From positions 248,782 through 312,781 of the forward strand of contig JAWAFD010000002.1 of assembly GCA_038890745.1 (NCBI GenBank): DNA of 64,000 bases, given 5' to 3'. Below, piece by piece: positions 8,336 through 18,146 of this stretch. Origin of the DNA: Candidatus Anstonellales archaeon. Its GTDB lineage: Archaea; Micrarchaeota; Micrarchaeia; Anstonellales; J096. Under the pieces are notes generated by a model that made no database searches, was not told the origin of the DNA, and saw only the letters and a program-made list of their open reading frames with translations. A program made the position numbers and the translations under genes. The first letter of the stretch is position 1. The number at the start of each line of letters is the position of its first letter.

Positions 8336-9514
8336 ATGCTATCTTACTCTTCCAGAACCGCAGGGATCGGTGGCGAAATAAAATCCTCACCAGAGGACTT
8401 TGTGGTTGAGGAGATCCTACCGGATGGTACGGTTTTGGAAATAGATAAAAAAATAAATTTTTCTGATAGCGGAGAAAAATTCCTTCATTTTGTTTTGCAG
8501 AAAAGAAATTTTACAACCGAAAAGGCGATAAAAACTATTGCCCGCGATTTAAGAATCTCACCAAAACGTTTCAACTACGCCGGGAATAAAGACAGGATTG
8601 CAGTAACAACCCAGAGGGTTTCTGTATTTGGGGTTAGAAAAGAGGAACTTTTTTCAAAGAATCTTACAGATATAAAAATAAATGGTGCTTGGTATGAGGA
8701 CGAGAAGGTAAGGCTTGGAGAACTACTCGGTAATAGGTTTAAAATAAAAATAAAAAATGCGAAAAACACAAAAAACATAGAATATATCTATTCTGAGCTT
8801 GAAGGAAAATTCCCAAACTATTTTGGTGGGCAGAGGTTTGGAAGTAGTAGAAAAAACACGCATAAGATTGGTCTAGCCATTTTGAAAAATAGGTTTGATG
8901 AAGCTGCGGGAATTTTTTTAACGGATGCTGAAGGAGAAAAAAATGAAAAGGCGGTAGAGGCAAGGACGAGATTAAAAGAGGAGCAGAATTTTTCTAAAGC
9001 CCTAAGGTATTTTCCAAAGCACCTTCATTTAGAAAGAAAACTTTTGGAGCATCTCGCAAAAAACCCAAACGATTTTGTGAATGCATTCAGAAAACTTCCT
9101 CGCTTCACCCTCCTTCTTTTTGTTCATGCTTTCCAAAGCCATCTTTTCAATCTTGAGCTTTCGGAAAGAATAAAGAATAACGATTTGGAAGCAAAACAAA
9201 ATGAGTACTGCTGTGGGGAAAATTTCTATGGCTTTCCAGATATGGAGAGAAAACAAAAAACCGGTTGGCTAGTGATGAATGTTGTTGGGTATGATAGTGA
9301 ACTCAACGAGTATGAGAAAGAACTGCTTGGTGAATTCGAGATAGAAAGAGAAAACTTTAAGGTTCGCTCCTTTCCAGAGATTTCTTCGCGCGGAAGCAAA
9401 AGAACAGCATTCTCTCCATTCAAGGATTTCTATTTTTCAAATTCTGTTTTTCATTTCTCCCTTCCAAAAGGATCCTACGCGACCTCTGCACTGCGAGAGT
9501 TTTTAAAAGCATAA
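8336..9514 (+). CDS. truD: tRNA pseudouridine(13) synthase
   Basis: PEDFVVEE, AGNKDRIAVTTQ, GNRF, NYFGGQRFG, LPKGSYAT. Confidence 0.95.
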   Translation: MLSYSSRTAGIGGEIKSSPEDFVVEEILPDGTVLEIDKKINFSDSGEKFLHFVLQKRNFTTEKAIKTIARDLRISPKRFNYAGNKDRIAVTTQRVSVFGVRKEELFSKNLTDIKINGAWYEDEKVRLGELLGNRFKIKIKNAKNTKNIEYIYSELEGKFPNYFGGQRFGSSRKNTHKIGLAILKNRFDEAAGIFLTDAEGEKNEKAVEARTRLKEEQNFSKALRYFPKHLHLERKLLEHLAKNPNDFVNAFRKLPRFTLLLFVHAFQSHLFNLELSERIKNNDLEAKQNEYCCGENFYGFPDMERKQKTGWLVMNVVGYDSELNEYEKELLGEFEIERENFKVRSFPEISSRGSKRTAFSPFKDFYFSNSVFHFSLPKGSYATSALREFLKA

Positions 9515-9528
9515 TTTCTTATTTTTTC

Positions 9529-10620
9529 ATGAAATTTGAGGAACGAGAGGAGGAGGGTGCAAGATTCTTCATTTCAGAAAACGTTTTCTACAATCCCCAT
9601 ATGGAGCTGAGCAGAACCCTATCCTCCCTTCTCGCTGGTGCGCTGGGAGAAAAACTAAGGATTGTTGATGGAATGGCTGCCTCTGGCATCCGCGGTATGA
9701 GGTATAAAATGGAAAACAAAAATGTTGAGAAGGTCGCATTTGTTGATGTTTATGATAAGGCAATAGAATGCATAAAAAAAGGATTAGTGGCGAATAAAAT
9801 AAGAGGGGATGTTTTCAAGGATGATATAAATCGTTTTCTTTTTAATTCAACAAACGAATACGATTTCATAGAATTAGACCCTTTCGGAACACCAGTTCCG
9901 CATGTTTATTTTGCTGTGCGCGCGATAAGGAACCTCGAGCGAGGGTATCTTTCAGTCACCGCAACGGATACAGCGGTTTTGTGTGGCGCGCATAAGAAAG
10001 CATGCTTAAAAAACTACCATTCACTACCCGTGCGAAACTACATGTGCCATGAGACAGGCCTGCGGATCCTCATAAATTTTATTGCGAGGATAGCGCATGA
10101 GTTTAATTTTGGTATAAAACCTTTGCTTTCTTTCTACTATCGCCATCAGATGAAAACAATGATTAAATTTGAAAAGGGAGCGAAAAATGCAGATGAAAAC
10201 CTTAGGAAAATGGGATGGATAAATTTCTGTCCAAGTTGCCTGAACATCACGCATGGCAGAATGCCTGATAAGAACTGCAGTTTATGCGGAACTGAAAACT
10301 GGTGTGGTGGTGAGGTTTGGTTAGGGGGGATAAACGATAAAAACATAATAAAAAAAATGATTGAATTGAATAAAAAAAGAAAATACAAGAGCAGGGAGTA
10401 TGTGGATAGGTTCCTTCTTGTTCTATACGAAGAACTAAGCCTTCCCTATTTTTTTGACACCCACGAGATAGCAAAAACCTACAGGGTTGAACCTCCAAAG
10501 ACGGAAGAAATTATAAAATTACTGAAGAATAAAGGTTTTGAAGCAAGCAGGACGCATTTTTCGCCAACAGGGTTTAAGACGGATGCGAGCATAAAAGAAA
10601 TTCTTTCATACCTGAAATAG
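9529..10620 (+). CDS. trm1: tRNA (guanine26-N2)-dimethyltransferase
   Basis: VFYNP, ASGIRGMRY, LDPFGTP, VTATD, HETGLRIL, SRTHF. Confidence 0.93.
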   Translation: MKFEEREEEGARFFISENVFYNPHMELSRTLSSLLAGALGEKLRIVDGMAASGIRGMRYKMENKNVEKVAFVDVYDKAIECIKKGLVANKIRGDVFKDDINRFLFNSTNEYDFIELDPFGTPVPHVYFAVRAIRNLERGYLSVTATDTAVLCGAHKKACLKNYHSLPVRNYMCHETGLRILINFIARIAHEFNFGIKPLLSFYYRHQMKTMIKFEKGAKNADENLRKMGWINFCPSCLNITHGRMPDKNCSLCGTENWCGGEVWLGGINDKNIIKKMIELNKKRKYKSREYVDRFLLVLYEELSLPYFFDTHEIAKTYRVEPPKTEEIIKLLKNKGFEASRTHFSPTGFKTDASIKEILSYLK

Positions 10621-10657
10621 AAATATTTAAAAACACTTTTATTAATAAACTATAACT

Positions 10658-12808
10658 ATGAAAAAAATCAGCATCTCATGGAGTATTCCAATTGCTACTT
10701 GGCTTACCATAGCAGGTGCGCCAGGCACAGATCCACTACAAGCGCAGGAGCTAACCCCACCAAGCGAGCAGAGCGCCCAGACGGTTGACAGCACCGGTTT
10801 AAAATTACGAACTGAATTTATGAGTGCGAAAAAAACTACTGAAAAAAAGAAGGCGCTGATAGCTTATGGAGACTGGATTTTACAAAACCAAAATGGAGAA
10901 GAAGCAAGATACTTAATGGCCCTTTTGAGCTATAAAGAAAATTATCAAAAAATGGAGTGGGAAGCTGGCGGGTATCTAGCCGGAATGATAGGGTTGGGAA
11001 TAGTACCGGTTGACACCGCAGTTGCTGTCTGGGGTATGATTGGTTGCCCGATGGATACTGCGTTCTCGTTTGTTAAAAGAAAAGTTGGAGAAGAGGCTCA
11101 GATAGATGCAATCTACAATTTTGCATTATACAGAAAAATCGATCCTCTAAAAGCAGTTGGAAGAATGGCAGGAACAAAAACCCCTTATGGTTTGAGCAGG
11201 GCGGTTGAGCTTGTTGGTATTGGGTATAGTCAAGTAGGAGAAGCCGAGGCGGTTGTGGATGCCCTTTCTGTTTATGGAAACATGGGTAGCGTGATGAACG
11301 AGATAATAAAAAACGAATCTCTTTGGAGAAATCTTCCGTATATGGTTGGGTTGTTGGATGCGGTTATTAAAAAATCAAATCAAAACGAAAAACCAGCGAA
11401 CATGGAAAAGTTAGGAAATGTGGTGTATGAAAAGGTTAAAGCCGGCGGACCGAGGGATTTAGCAAGATGGTTTGTGATCTCCCAGTTTTCTAACTCAAGC
11501 GGGGCTGCAGACCAGTATGCTTCTGCTTGCTTTTTGCTTTTTGGAGCAGGATTTTATGCAAGCGCAGACACAACAGTGGGTTTGGCAAAAAACTGCGGCT
11601 CAAACCCAGAGAATGTTTTGCAAAATTATTTTAGAGCATACTCAGATGGAAAAGTAAGTATTGAAAGATACCTGGAGCTCGTGCAAAAATGCGGTGAATT
11701 TACGTATTGCATGCCGGAGAAGAGCGTGGAATGGATGTGCAAAACCCAGAACCCAAAAGCTCTTGAAAAAGCAATTAATTTTATAGAGACCTATCAGGCG
11801 CTTGCCGGTGATCCCGAAAACCTTTCAAAATCCCTCTACCTCAACTTCTCTCGTTTGAGTGTTTTTAGGATGTTCATAAAAAGCAAAATTGAAAACAAAA
11901 CTAGCGTGTACGTTCCGTTTTATTCCAATGCAATCCACTGCGCCGGAGTGGACGAAATAAACCAGATTACTAAAGAAGTTGCAAAAGAAATTGACGGCGA
12001 CTATGAGTTGGCAGAGAAGGTTTACACAGATTTGCTTAAGAAGGATAAATTAAGGGCGGATGGGTTTGCTAGCGAGATGGTTGGAAATGCCCTAAAAGAT
12101 TTTGATAAGGTGTGGAGCGATTGGGTTAAAAATCCAAACAGCAAAACAGAGGTTGCCCTTGATAGGGTTTTAATGTTCTTGGTTAAAAATTATGGGAGAA
12201 ACCAAGATGCGACGGATAAACTAAATTCAATTCTTAAGAGTGATAAATATACAGATGCGCAAAAATATAAAATAAGAAGACAAATTGAAATTGAAGCAAA
12301 AACAAGTCGAGAAGCAAAAGCAGCCCTTCAGCTTCTTGATTCGCAGATAAAAAGTTCTCAAACGCAGCAGGCCGAATCTGAAAAAATGGATAAGATAAAT
12401 AGATATCCATCTTATATTTTGAAACTCAACCCGAATATTACTTTCCCTCAACTTGATGCGATGGATAACGATACGCTTAGAAGAGATGTAAAAAGTGCAA
12501 TAAAAGATATGGCCGGGAGCATTACTACATTCGATCAGGATATTCAAAAAATTCTCAATGGCAAAAAAGGAATGGAGAGAAAAATATTGATATGGACAAT
12601 AGTGGAAGCGGTTTGCGAGATAAATAGTTCAGCAGCAGTGCTGAAGGCAATGAATCTTGTAAAAGATCCAGTATTAAGTAGGCAGGAAGCAGAAGAGGTT
12701 CTGGGGTACATAACCAGGTGGGATAGTTCTAAAAACTACGGCGGATTAAGAGTACAGATAAACGAAATGGCAAAATGGATTCAGGAGAATAAAAAGAACG
12801 GAAAATAA
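10658..12808 (+). CDS. Large exported alpha-helical hypothetical protein with internal duplication
   Basis: 716 aa, signal-peptide-like N-terminus, no recognised family. Confidence 0.7.
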   Translation: MKKISISWSIPIATWLTIAGAPGTDPLQAQELTPPSEQSAQTVDSTGLKLRTEFMSAKKTTEKKKALIAYGDWILQNQNGEEARYLMALLSYKENYQKMEWEAGGYLAGMIGLGIVPVDTAVAVWGMIGCPMDTAFSFVKRKVGEEAQIDAIYNFALYRKIDPLKAVGRMAGTKTPYGLSRAVELVGIGYSQVGEAEAVVDALSVYGNMGSVMNEIIKNESLWRNLPYMVGLLDAVIKKSNQNEKPANMEKLGNVVYEKVKAGGPRDLARWFVISQFSNSSGAADQYASACFLLFGAGFYASADTTVGLAKNCGSNPENVLQNYFRAYSDGKVSIERYLELVQKCGEFTYCMPEKSVEWMCKTQNPKALEKAINFIETYQALAGDPENLSKSLYLNFSRLSVFRMFIKSKIENKTSVYVPFYSNAIHCAGVDEINQITKEVAKEIDGDYELAEKVYTDLLKKDKLRADGFASEMVGNALKDFDKVWSDWVKNPNSKTEVALDRVLMFLVKNYGRNQDATDKLNSILKSDKYTDAQKYKIRRQIEIEAKTSREAKAALQLLDSQIKSSQTQQAESEKMDKINRYPSYILKLNPNITFPQLDAMDNDTLRRDVKSAIKDMAGSITTFDQDIQKILNGKKGMERKILIWTIVEAVCEINSSAAVLKAMNLVKDPVLSRQEAEEVLGYITRWDSSKNYGGLRVQINEMAKWIQENKKNGK

Positions 12809-14551
12809 CTATTCTACCGTTACAGACTTTGCCAGGTTCCTTGGTTTGTCTGGATTTATTCCTCTCTCAACGCTTGTGTGATAAGCGATTAGTTGGAGGG
12901 GGAGTATGAAATAAAATGGGTAAAGAATTTTTTCTTTGCACTCAATAACTATGGATTCATCAACAATCTTTCCGATTTCCTCGCTGTCAGTTATTGCAAT
13001 CACATACGCTCCCCTTGCCTTTACCTCCTTTATGCTCCCTATCATTTTTTCGTATGTTTCATCCCTTTGCACAAGGGCAATCACAGGAATATCCTTTTCT
13101 ATCAAACTCAATGGCCCATGCTTGAGCTCTCCTCCTCCGTATGCTTCTCCATGTATGTAAGAAATCTCCTTAAATTTCAAAGCCCCCTCATAGGCAATGG
13201 GCATGCATACTCCCCTTCCGATAAAGAACACGCTTTTTGCAAACTTTAATCTCTGCGCGATTTCTTTTGATTTTTCATCCACCTCTTCCAGAACCCTAGA
13301 AATCTCATCACCCACAAAAGAAAAATCTTTTTCTGGGAAAGTTAGTTTGTATGCTATTGCTAGTTGTGAAGTAAATGTTTTTGTTGCCGCAACCCCTATC
13401 TCAGGCCCTGCGTTCATGTAAACGGTTTCATCAGCAACCCTTGCTATGCTTGAACCCACAACATTCGTTATGGCCAATATTTTTGCCCCATGTTTTTTTG
13501 CGAATTTTATTGCCTGCAAAGTATCTGCTGTTTCCCCGCTTTGGCTTATTGCAATTACAAGGGTTTTCTTATCCGGTACTGCAACATACCTGTATTCTGA
13601 GGCGATTACAACATCAACCTTTTTCTTCAACTCTTTTTGGAACAGGTATTTGAGCATCAAACCTGCGTGATAGCTTGTACCGGCACCAATGACATCTATT
13701 TTTTCATACTTTTCAATCAGCTCGCTGGCTTTTTTCACATTACTCATAAAACTTTCCTTCACAGAATATCTCTGCTCTTCTATCTCTTTTAGCATGTAAT
13801 GAGGATACCCTCCTTTCTCTGCCTGTTCAGCGCTCCATCTTACCTCCATTGCTTTTTTCTTCCTCTCCTTCCCATTAAGATCAAAAAACATTGCTCCATT
13901 TTCATCGATCATCGCAACCTCTTCCTCATCCATCGGAATAAATGTTTTTGTGTGCTTTAGCATCGGGGTAAAATCAGATGCGCAGAACATCTCACCCTTC
14001 CCGATCCCAACAATGAGCGGGCTATTCTTTCTTGCTAAAAAAAGCTTTTTTTCTCTTTCAATTATGCATGCTATTGCATAAGAGCCTTTGAGCCGGTTTA
14101 TAGATTTTCTAAATGCCTCAAAACTTCCAACATTTTTTCTGTACTCTTCAATAAGATGCGCAACTATTTCGCTGTCTGTTTCTGATGAGAATGTATGCCC
14201 CCTGCCGGCTAGCTCTTCCCGCAATTCCAGATAGTTTTCAATCACTCCGTTATGCACCAAAACAACCTTTCCTTCGCAGTCGTGGTGGGGATGGGCGTTT
14301 TCAAAACTCGGGGGGCCATGCGTAGCCCAACGGGTGTGTCCCACTCCTAAAATTCCATTCATCTCAAGAAAATCCACTTTTTTTGAAACCTCCTCAAGCA
14401 TTCCTCTATCTTTTTTTGTTACTATCTTTCCGTCCTCGCCCATCACTGCTATTCCTACCGAATCATACCCTCTGTACTCAAGCGCCCTAAGCCCTTCCAG
14501 TATTACCTCTGAGGCCTTTTTTCTACCAACATATCCTATTATGCCGCACAT
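12809..14551 (-). CDS. glmS: Glucosamine--fructose-6-phosphate aminotransferase
   Basis: MCGIIG, EYRGYDS, GHTRWATHG, SQSGETADT, KPRNLAKSVTVE. Confidence 0.97.
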   Translation of the reverse strand: MCGIIGYVGRKKASEVILEGLRALEYRGYDSVGIAVMGEDGKIVTKKDRGMLEEVSKKVDFLEMNGILGVGHTRWATHGPPSFENAHPHHDCEGKVVLVHNGVIENYLELREELAGRGHTFSSETDSEIVAHLIEEYRKNVGSFEAFRKSINRLKGSYAIACIIEREKKLFLARKNSPLIVGIGKGEMFCASDFTPMLKHTKTFIPMDEEEVAMIDENGAMFFDLNGKERKKKAMEVRWSAEQAEKGGYPHYMLKEIEEQRYSVKESFMSNVKKASELIEKYEKIDVIGAGTSYHAGLMLKYLFQKELKKKVDVVIASEYRYVAVPDKKTLVIAISQSGETADTLQAIKFAKKHGAKILAITNVVGSSIARVADETVYMNAGPEIGVAATKTFTSQLAIAYKLTFPEKDFSFVGDEISRVLEEVDEKSKEIAQRLKFAKSVFFIGRGVCMPIAYEGALKFKEISYIHGEAYGGGELKHGPLSLIEKDIPVIALVQRDETYEKMIGSIKEVKARGAYVIAITDSEEIGKIVDESIVIECKEKILYPFYFILPLQLIAYHTSVERGINPDKPRNLAKSVTVE

Positions 14552-14618
14552 CGCTAGTTTTTTGCAAGATAAACCTTTTTAAGCACAACGCCATAAGTGA
14601 AATCTCTCTGGTGATCGT

Positions 14619-15176
14619 ATGAATGCAGAAGAGGCAATTGAAAAATTGAAGGAGGGGAATAGGAGGTTTGTGAGCGGACAAAGGGCGGGATACAATTTTG
14701 CTGAACGCAGAAAGGAGGTTTTGGGTGGTCAGAAGCCTTTTGTAACCATAGTTACATGCAGTGATAGCCGTGTTGTACCTGAATTTATATTTGATGCCAA
14801 CATAGGTGAGCTTTTTGTAGTAAGGACAGCAGGAAACATTTTGGACGATGTTTCACTTGGAAGCGTTGAGTACGGAACAGGGCATCTAAAGACCCCACTC
14901 CTCCTTATTCTCGGACATGAAAAATGCGGGGCCGTTACGGCAACATGCTCGGGTGGAAAGGCTCACGGGAAAATAAAAGACATAGTGAAAAAGATAAAGC
15001 CAGCATGCAAAAAAGCGAGCGGCGAGGTTGAGAAGGCGATAGAGATAAATTTGGATGGTGTTGAGGCATACATTCTTAAAAAAAGTAAGATGATAAAGCA
15101 TCTTGTTGAAGAAGGAGAACTGAAAATAAAAAAGGCGAAATACCTGCTCGGTAGTGGAGAAGTTATTTTTTTGTAA
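14619..15176 (+). CDS. Beta-class carbonic anhydrase
   Basis: CSDSR, GELFVVRTAGN, GHEKCGA zinc ligands. Confidence 0.93.
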   Translation: MNAEEAIEKLKEGNRRFVSGQRAGYNFAERRKEVLGGQKPFVTIVTCSDSRVVPEFIFDANIGELFVVRTAGNILDDVSLGSVEYGTGHLKTPLLLILGHEKCGAVTATCSGGKAHGKIKDIVKKIKPACKKASGEVEKAIEINLDGVEAYILKKSKMIKHLVEEGELKIKKAKYLLGSGEVIFL

Positions 15177-15230
15177 CCTATGCAATGTTTTTAAACATTT
15201 GTGTCCATATAAATCCACAAAGGTGAGAGA

Positions 15231-17516
15231 ATGAAAAGATTTCTAGCAATACTATTAGGGATTGTAATTGTTGCGAGCGGTTTGTTTTTTGCCGTTTCCT
15301 GCAATGAGAAGGTAGAGACGGTTACTTTAGAAGTAACGGTTCCTGGATTATCTGCAGGTTCTCAGCATAATTTTGATTTGCTGATTGCAGACTGGATGGA
15401 CAAACGATTGGAAAATAGGGCATTTAACAATTCTTTAGACCTATATACATACAAAAGAGGTTTATTGAATAAAAGGGCATCACCATATCAGAATCAGATA
15501 AATGGCTGGCTGGCGGAATTTGATGCTCTTGATTATTCTAATGTCAATGGCAATGGTGGTGTAGCAGCTTACAGGATAAGCGGAAACAATTTTGCTCCTT
15601 TCTCAACAATATTTATAGAGTCAGATCTTCCAGGAGGAGCATGGGACGAATCTCAGTTTGCGTGGTTTTCCGGATATTCAGAAATGGGCTACAGCAATTA
15701 TGAAGTTGCACCGACAATAACTTCTGGTGTTTACTCCCTAGTGTTTGGTCCGGATATGCACGGTCTTCCTCTTTGCCCAGGCGAACCCGGAACTTCATAT
15801 TGGGAATGTAATGAATGCAATGATAGAATCGAGAATTCCCATGTGCAAATAAAATTTCTTGGCAGCATGTGGGTGATCAGTGATGTTGATCCACCAACGG
15901 GTGCAACGCAAGTTGAGGATAAAGAAGTTTTCACAGAGGATGGAACAGAGATTGTTCTTTCAAAGGAAGAATCATGGGGTATTCTTTATCAGAAGGAGTG
16001 CTTAACCTACTCAAACATGGGTGTAAGGGTTTGTCTTGATAATATTAGTTCTTTAGAACCATGCCATCCAGCAATTGTGTCGTTTACAGACCTTTTGGGA
16101 AATCCTATATATGGCGACAATGGCCAACCAATTAAGGATGAGATCCCGCCAGGGGAAACAAAAATGATCTTTCTGCCTGGCTATGGCGGTATACGCGTGC
16201 ATTGCTATAGAACATACTATCCCGGTATATTCCAAGACACCAGAAATCGATCCTGGGCAGAGCTTGGAGTTTATTCAGATGAGATAAAGTTGGAGCATGA
16301 CAAAAAATTCAATATAAATGATGAGACTGCATGGAAGGTTCTTCTTGGCTGGACGGTTGAAAACGGTGGGAATGCAGATGAAGCAGACTACATTAAGGAG
16401 ATCACTCTTTATAACTCAGAACCTATGGAAAAAATGTTAGAGGGTGAAGGATATCCAGTCATTGATGTCCCGCCATATAATACATACCATTTGGTTTACG
16501 ATGGCCTTGAACCTGCTGAGTTTGATACAGTGCGCATGGAGTACCAAGAGAGATACAATCGGTCTTTCTATATAACCGGCTCTGGTGGTACATCACCAGC
16601 ATGCACAGCAGGACAAACGCTTGTTCTTGTGCCTGGTGAGCTAATAGTTGTCAGTTCTGAAAAAGATGAGTTCAACGAACCTTCAACAACATATGGAAGC
16701 AGGATTTACGTCATAGGTAGCTTTTCTGAAGGATATGGATGCACAGGTTCGCCAAAACCAGGCGACCTTATTCTAGAGGATAGTCATGGCAACTACTGGT
16801 ATGTCGGCTACCCATCAGATGTATCAGTTGGAAATACACACCTTGAATATGCTTATGCAGGAGATGAGGGGAATGTAGTGGTTTATGGTCCAAGCCAAAG
16901 CTGGAGCGGGAATGTTGAAGTCTGGCTTTCTGAAGACATTGGTTCGTGGGACAATTCACCAGGTACTGAATGCAAGCTTGTCGATGCTGTCGGTGTGAAA
17001 GAAGATCCTATAAATAAAAAACTGCTTTCTGTGTTCACCGGACAGGATAATAAAGTTAGTTACATTATTGCAGAAGACGGTGCCGACCCTCTTGGTACGG
17101 ATGTTCATTTAGTAGGACCTCCATTTGGTGTTCTTCAATGGCAGAGTGATTCTGACTACGCAACTAATTTCATTACACTTAGAGGTTCGTACGCAAAAAG
17201 TACCGGCTACAGGAGATGGATCGAAGTCTCTGACATTATAAGGCATGCAGAGTTTAACTTTACTGTCTACCCTCACCTTCCAGATGTTTTCATATGTGAT
17301 AAGATTCCAGAAGGCGAAATATGCAACGTAGGTGGTGTTTCGATTTTGGTGATGAGCATAGACCAATTCTTCAAATCGTGCGGTTTTGACCCAGCTGAAA
17401 TTCAACCAGCGCCAAAAGAAAATGAGCAAAAAATAACAGTAAACAAAACAACAAAAATAAAAATAGATGGGCAGAGCTATGAAATTCCCTCCCAGATAAC
17501 TGTTTCAAAGAATTAG
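15231..17516 (+). CDS. S-layer-like secreted surface protein
   Basis: Signal peptide; acidic, beta-rich 761 aa; IKFLG..W.I segment reminiscent of archaeal S-layer proteins. Confidence 0.6.
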   Translation: MKRFLAILLGIVIVASGLFFAVSCNEKVETVTLEVTVPGLSAGSQHNFDLLIADWMDKRLENRAFNNSLDLYTYKRGLLNKRASPYQNQINGWLAEFDALDYSNVNGNGGVAAYRISGNNFAPFSTIFIESDLPGGAWDESQFAWFSGYSEMGYSNYEVAPTITSGVYSLVFGPDMHGLPLCPGEPGTSYWECNECNDRIENSHVQIKFLGSMWVISDVDPPTGATQVEDKEVFTEDGTEIVLSKEESWGILYQKECLTYSNMGVRVCLDNISSLEPCHPAIVSFTDLLGNPIYGDNGQPIKDEIPPGETKMIFLPGYGGIRVHCYRTYYPGIFQDTRNRSWAELGVYSDEIKLEHDKKFNINDETAWKVLLGWTVENGGNADEADYIKEITLYNSEPMEKMLEGEGYPVIDVPPYNTYHLVYDGLEPAEFDTVRMEYQERYNRSFYITGSGGTSPACTAGQTLVLVPGELIVVSSEKDEFNEPSTTYGSRIYVIGSFSEGYGCTGSPKPGDLILEDSHGNYWYVGYPSDVSVGNTHLEYAYAGDEGNVVVYGPSQSWSGNVEVWLSEDIGSWDNSPGTECKLVDAVGVKEDPINKKLLSVFTGQDNKVSYIIAEDGADPLGTDVHLVGPPFGVLQWQSDSDYATNFITLRGSYAKSTGYRRWIEVSDIIRHAEFNFTVYPHLPDVFICDKIPEGEICNVGGVSILVMSIDQFFKSCGFDPAEIQPAPKENEQKITVNKTTKIKIDGQSYEIPSQITVSKN

Positions 17517-17546
17517 TTTTTAATTTCTTTCTTCTTTTTTCTTTTC

Positions 17547-18146
17547 ATGCTTTCTAAGCCATATCTTATCTTTCACTCCCTCCTCAAAAAATACGGCCCC
17601 CAAAAGTGGTGGCCTGCAAAAACGCAGTACGAGATAATAGTAGGTGCTGTGCTCACGCAGAACTGCGCTTGGAGGAATGTTGAGAAGGCGATAAAGAACT
17701 TGAAAAAAGCCCGCATGCTTTCCCCCAAAAATATACTTGCCCTCCGGCTCGCAGAACTTAAAAAACTCATAAAGCCAGCAGGCTTCTATAACCAAAAAGC
17801 AAAACGCCTGAAGTTGATAACTAAAAAATACCTTGAGCTTAAACCAAAACTCCACTCTCTTACAACCGAAGAATTGAGAAAAGAACTCCTATCTGTTAAT
17901 GGGATCGGGAATGAAACAGCAGATAGCATCCTCCTTTATGCATTCAACCGCCCCGTATTCGTAATAGATGCATACACAAAAAGGTTCTGTGAGCATTTTA
18001 AGCTTTTCAAAGGAAAAACCTATCATGACTACCAGCAGTTTTTTGAGAGATCCCTTCCTCGCAATACATACATTTTTAATGAATATCATGCTCTTATAGT
18101 AAGGTGGGCGAAGGAACATGGAAGTAGAAAGCGAAAAACTTTATGA
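17547..18146 (+). CDS. Endonuclease III-like HhH-GPD DNA glycosylase
   Basis: WWP...YEIIVGAVLTQN, GFYNQKA, GIGNETADSILLYA, VIDAYT. Confidence 0.9.
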   Translation: MLSKPYLIFHSLLKKYGPQKWWPAKTQYEIIVGAVLTQNCAWRNVEKAIKNLKKARMLSPKNILALRLAELKKLIKPAGFYNQKAKRLKLITKKYLELKPKLHSLTTEELRKELLSVNGIGNETADSILLYAFNRPVFVIDAYTKRFCEHFKLFKGKTYHDYQQFFERSLPRNTYIFNEYHALIVRWAKEHGSRKRKTL

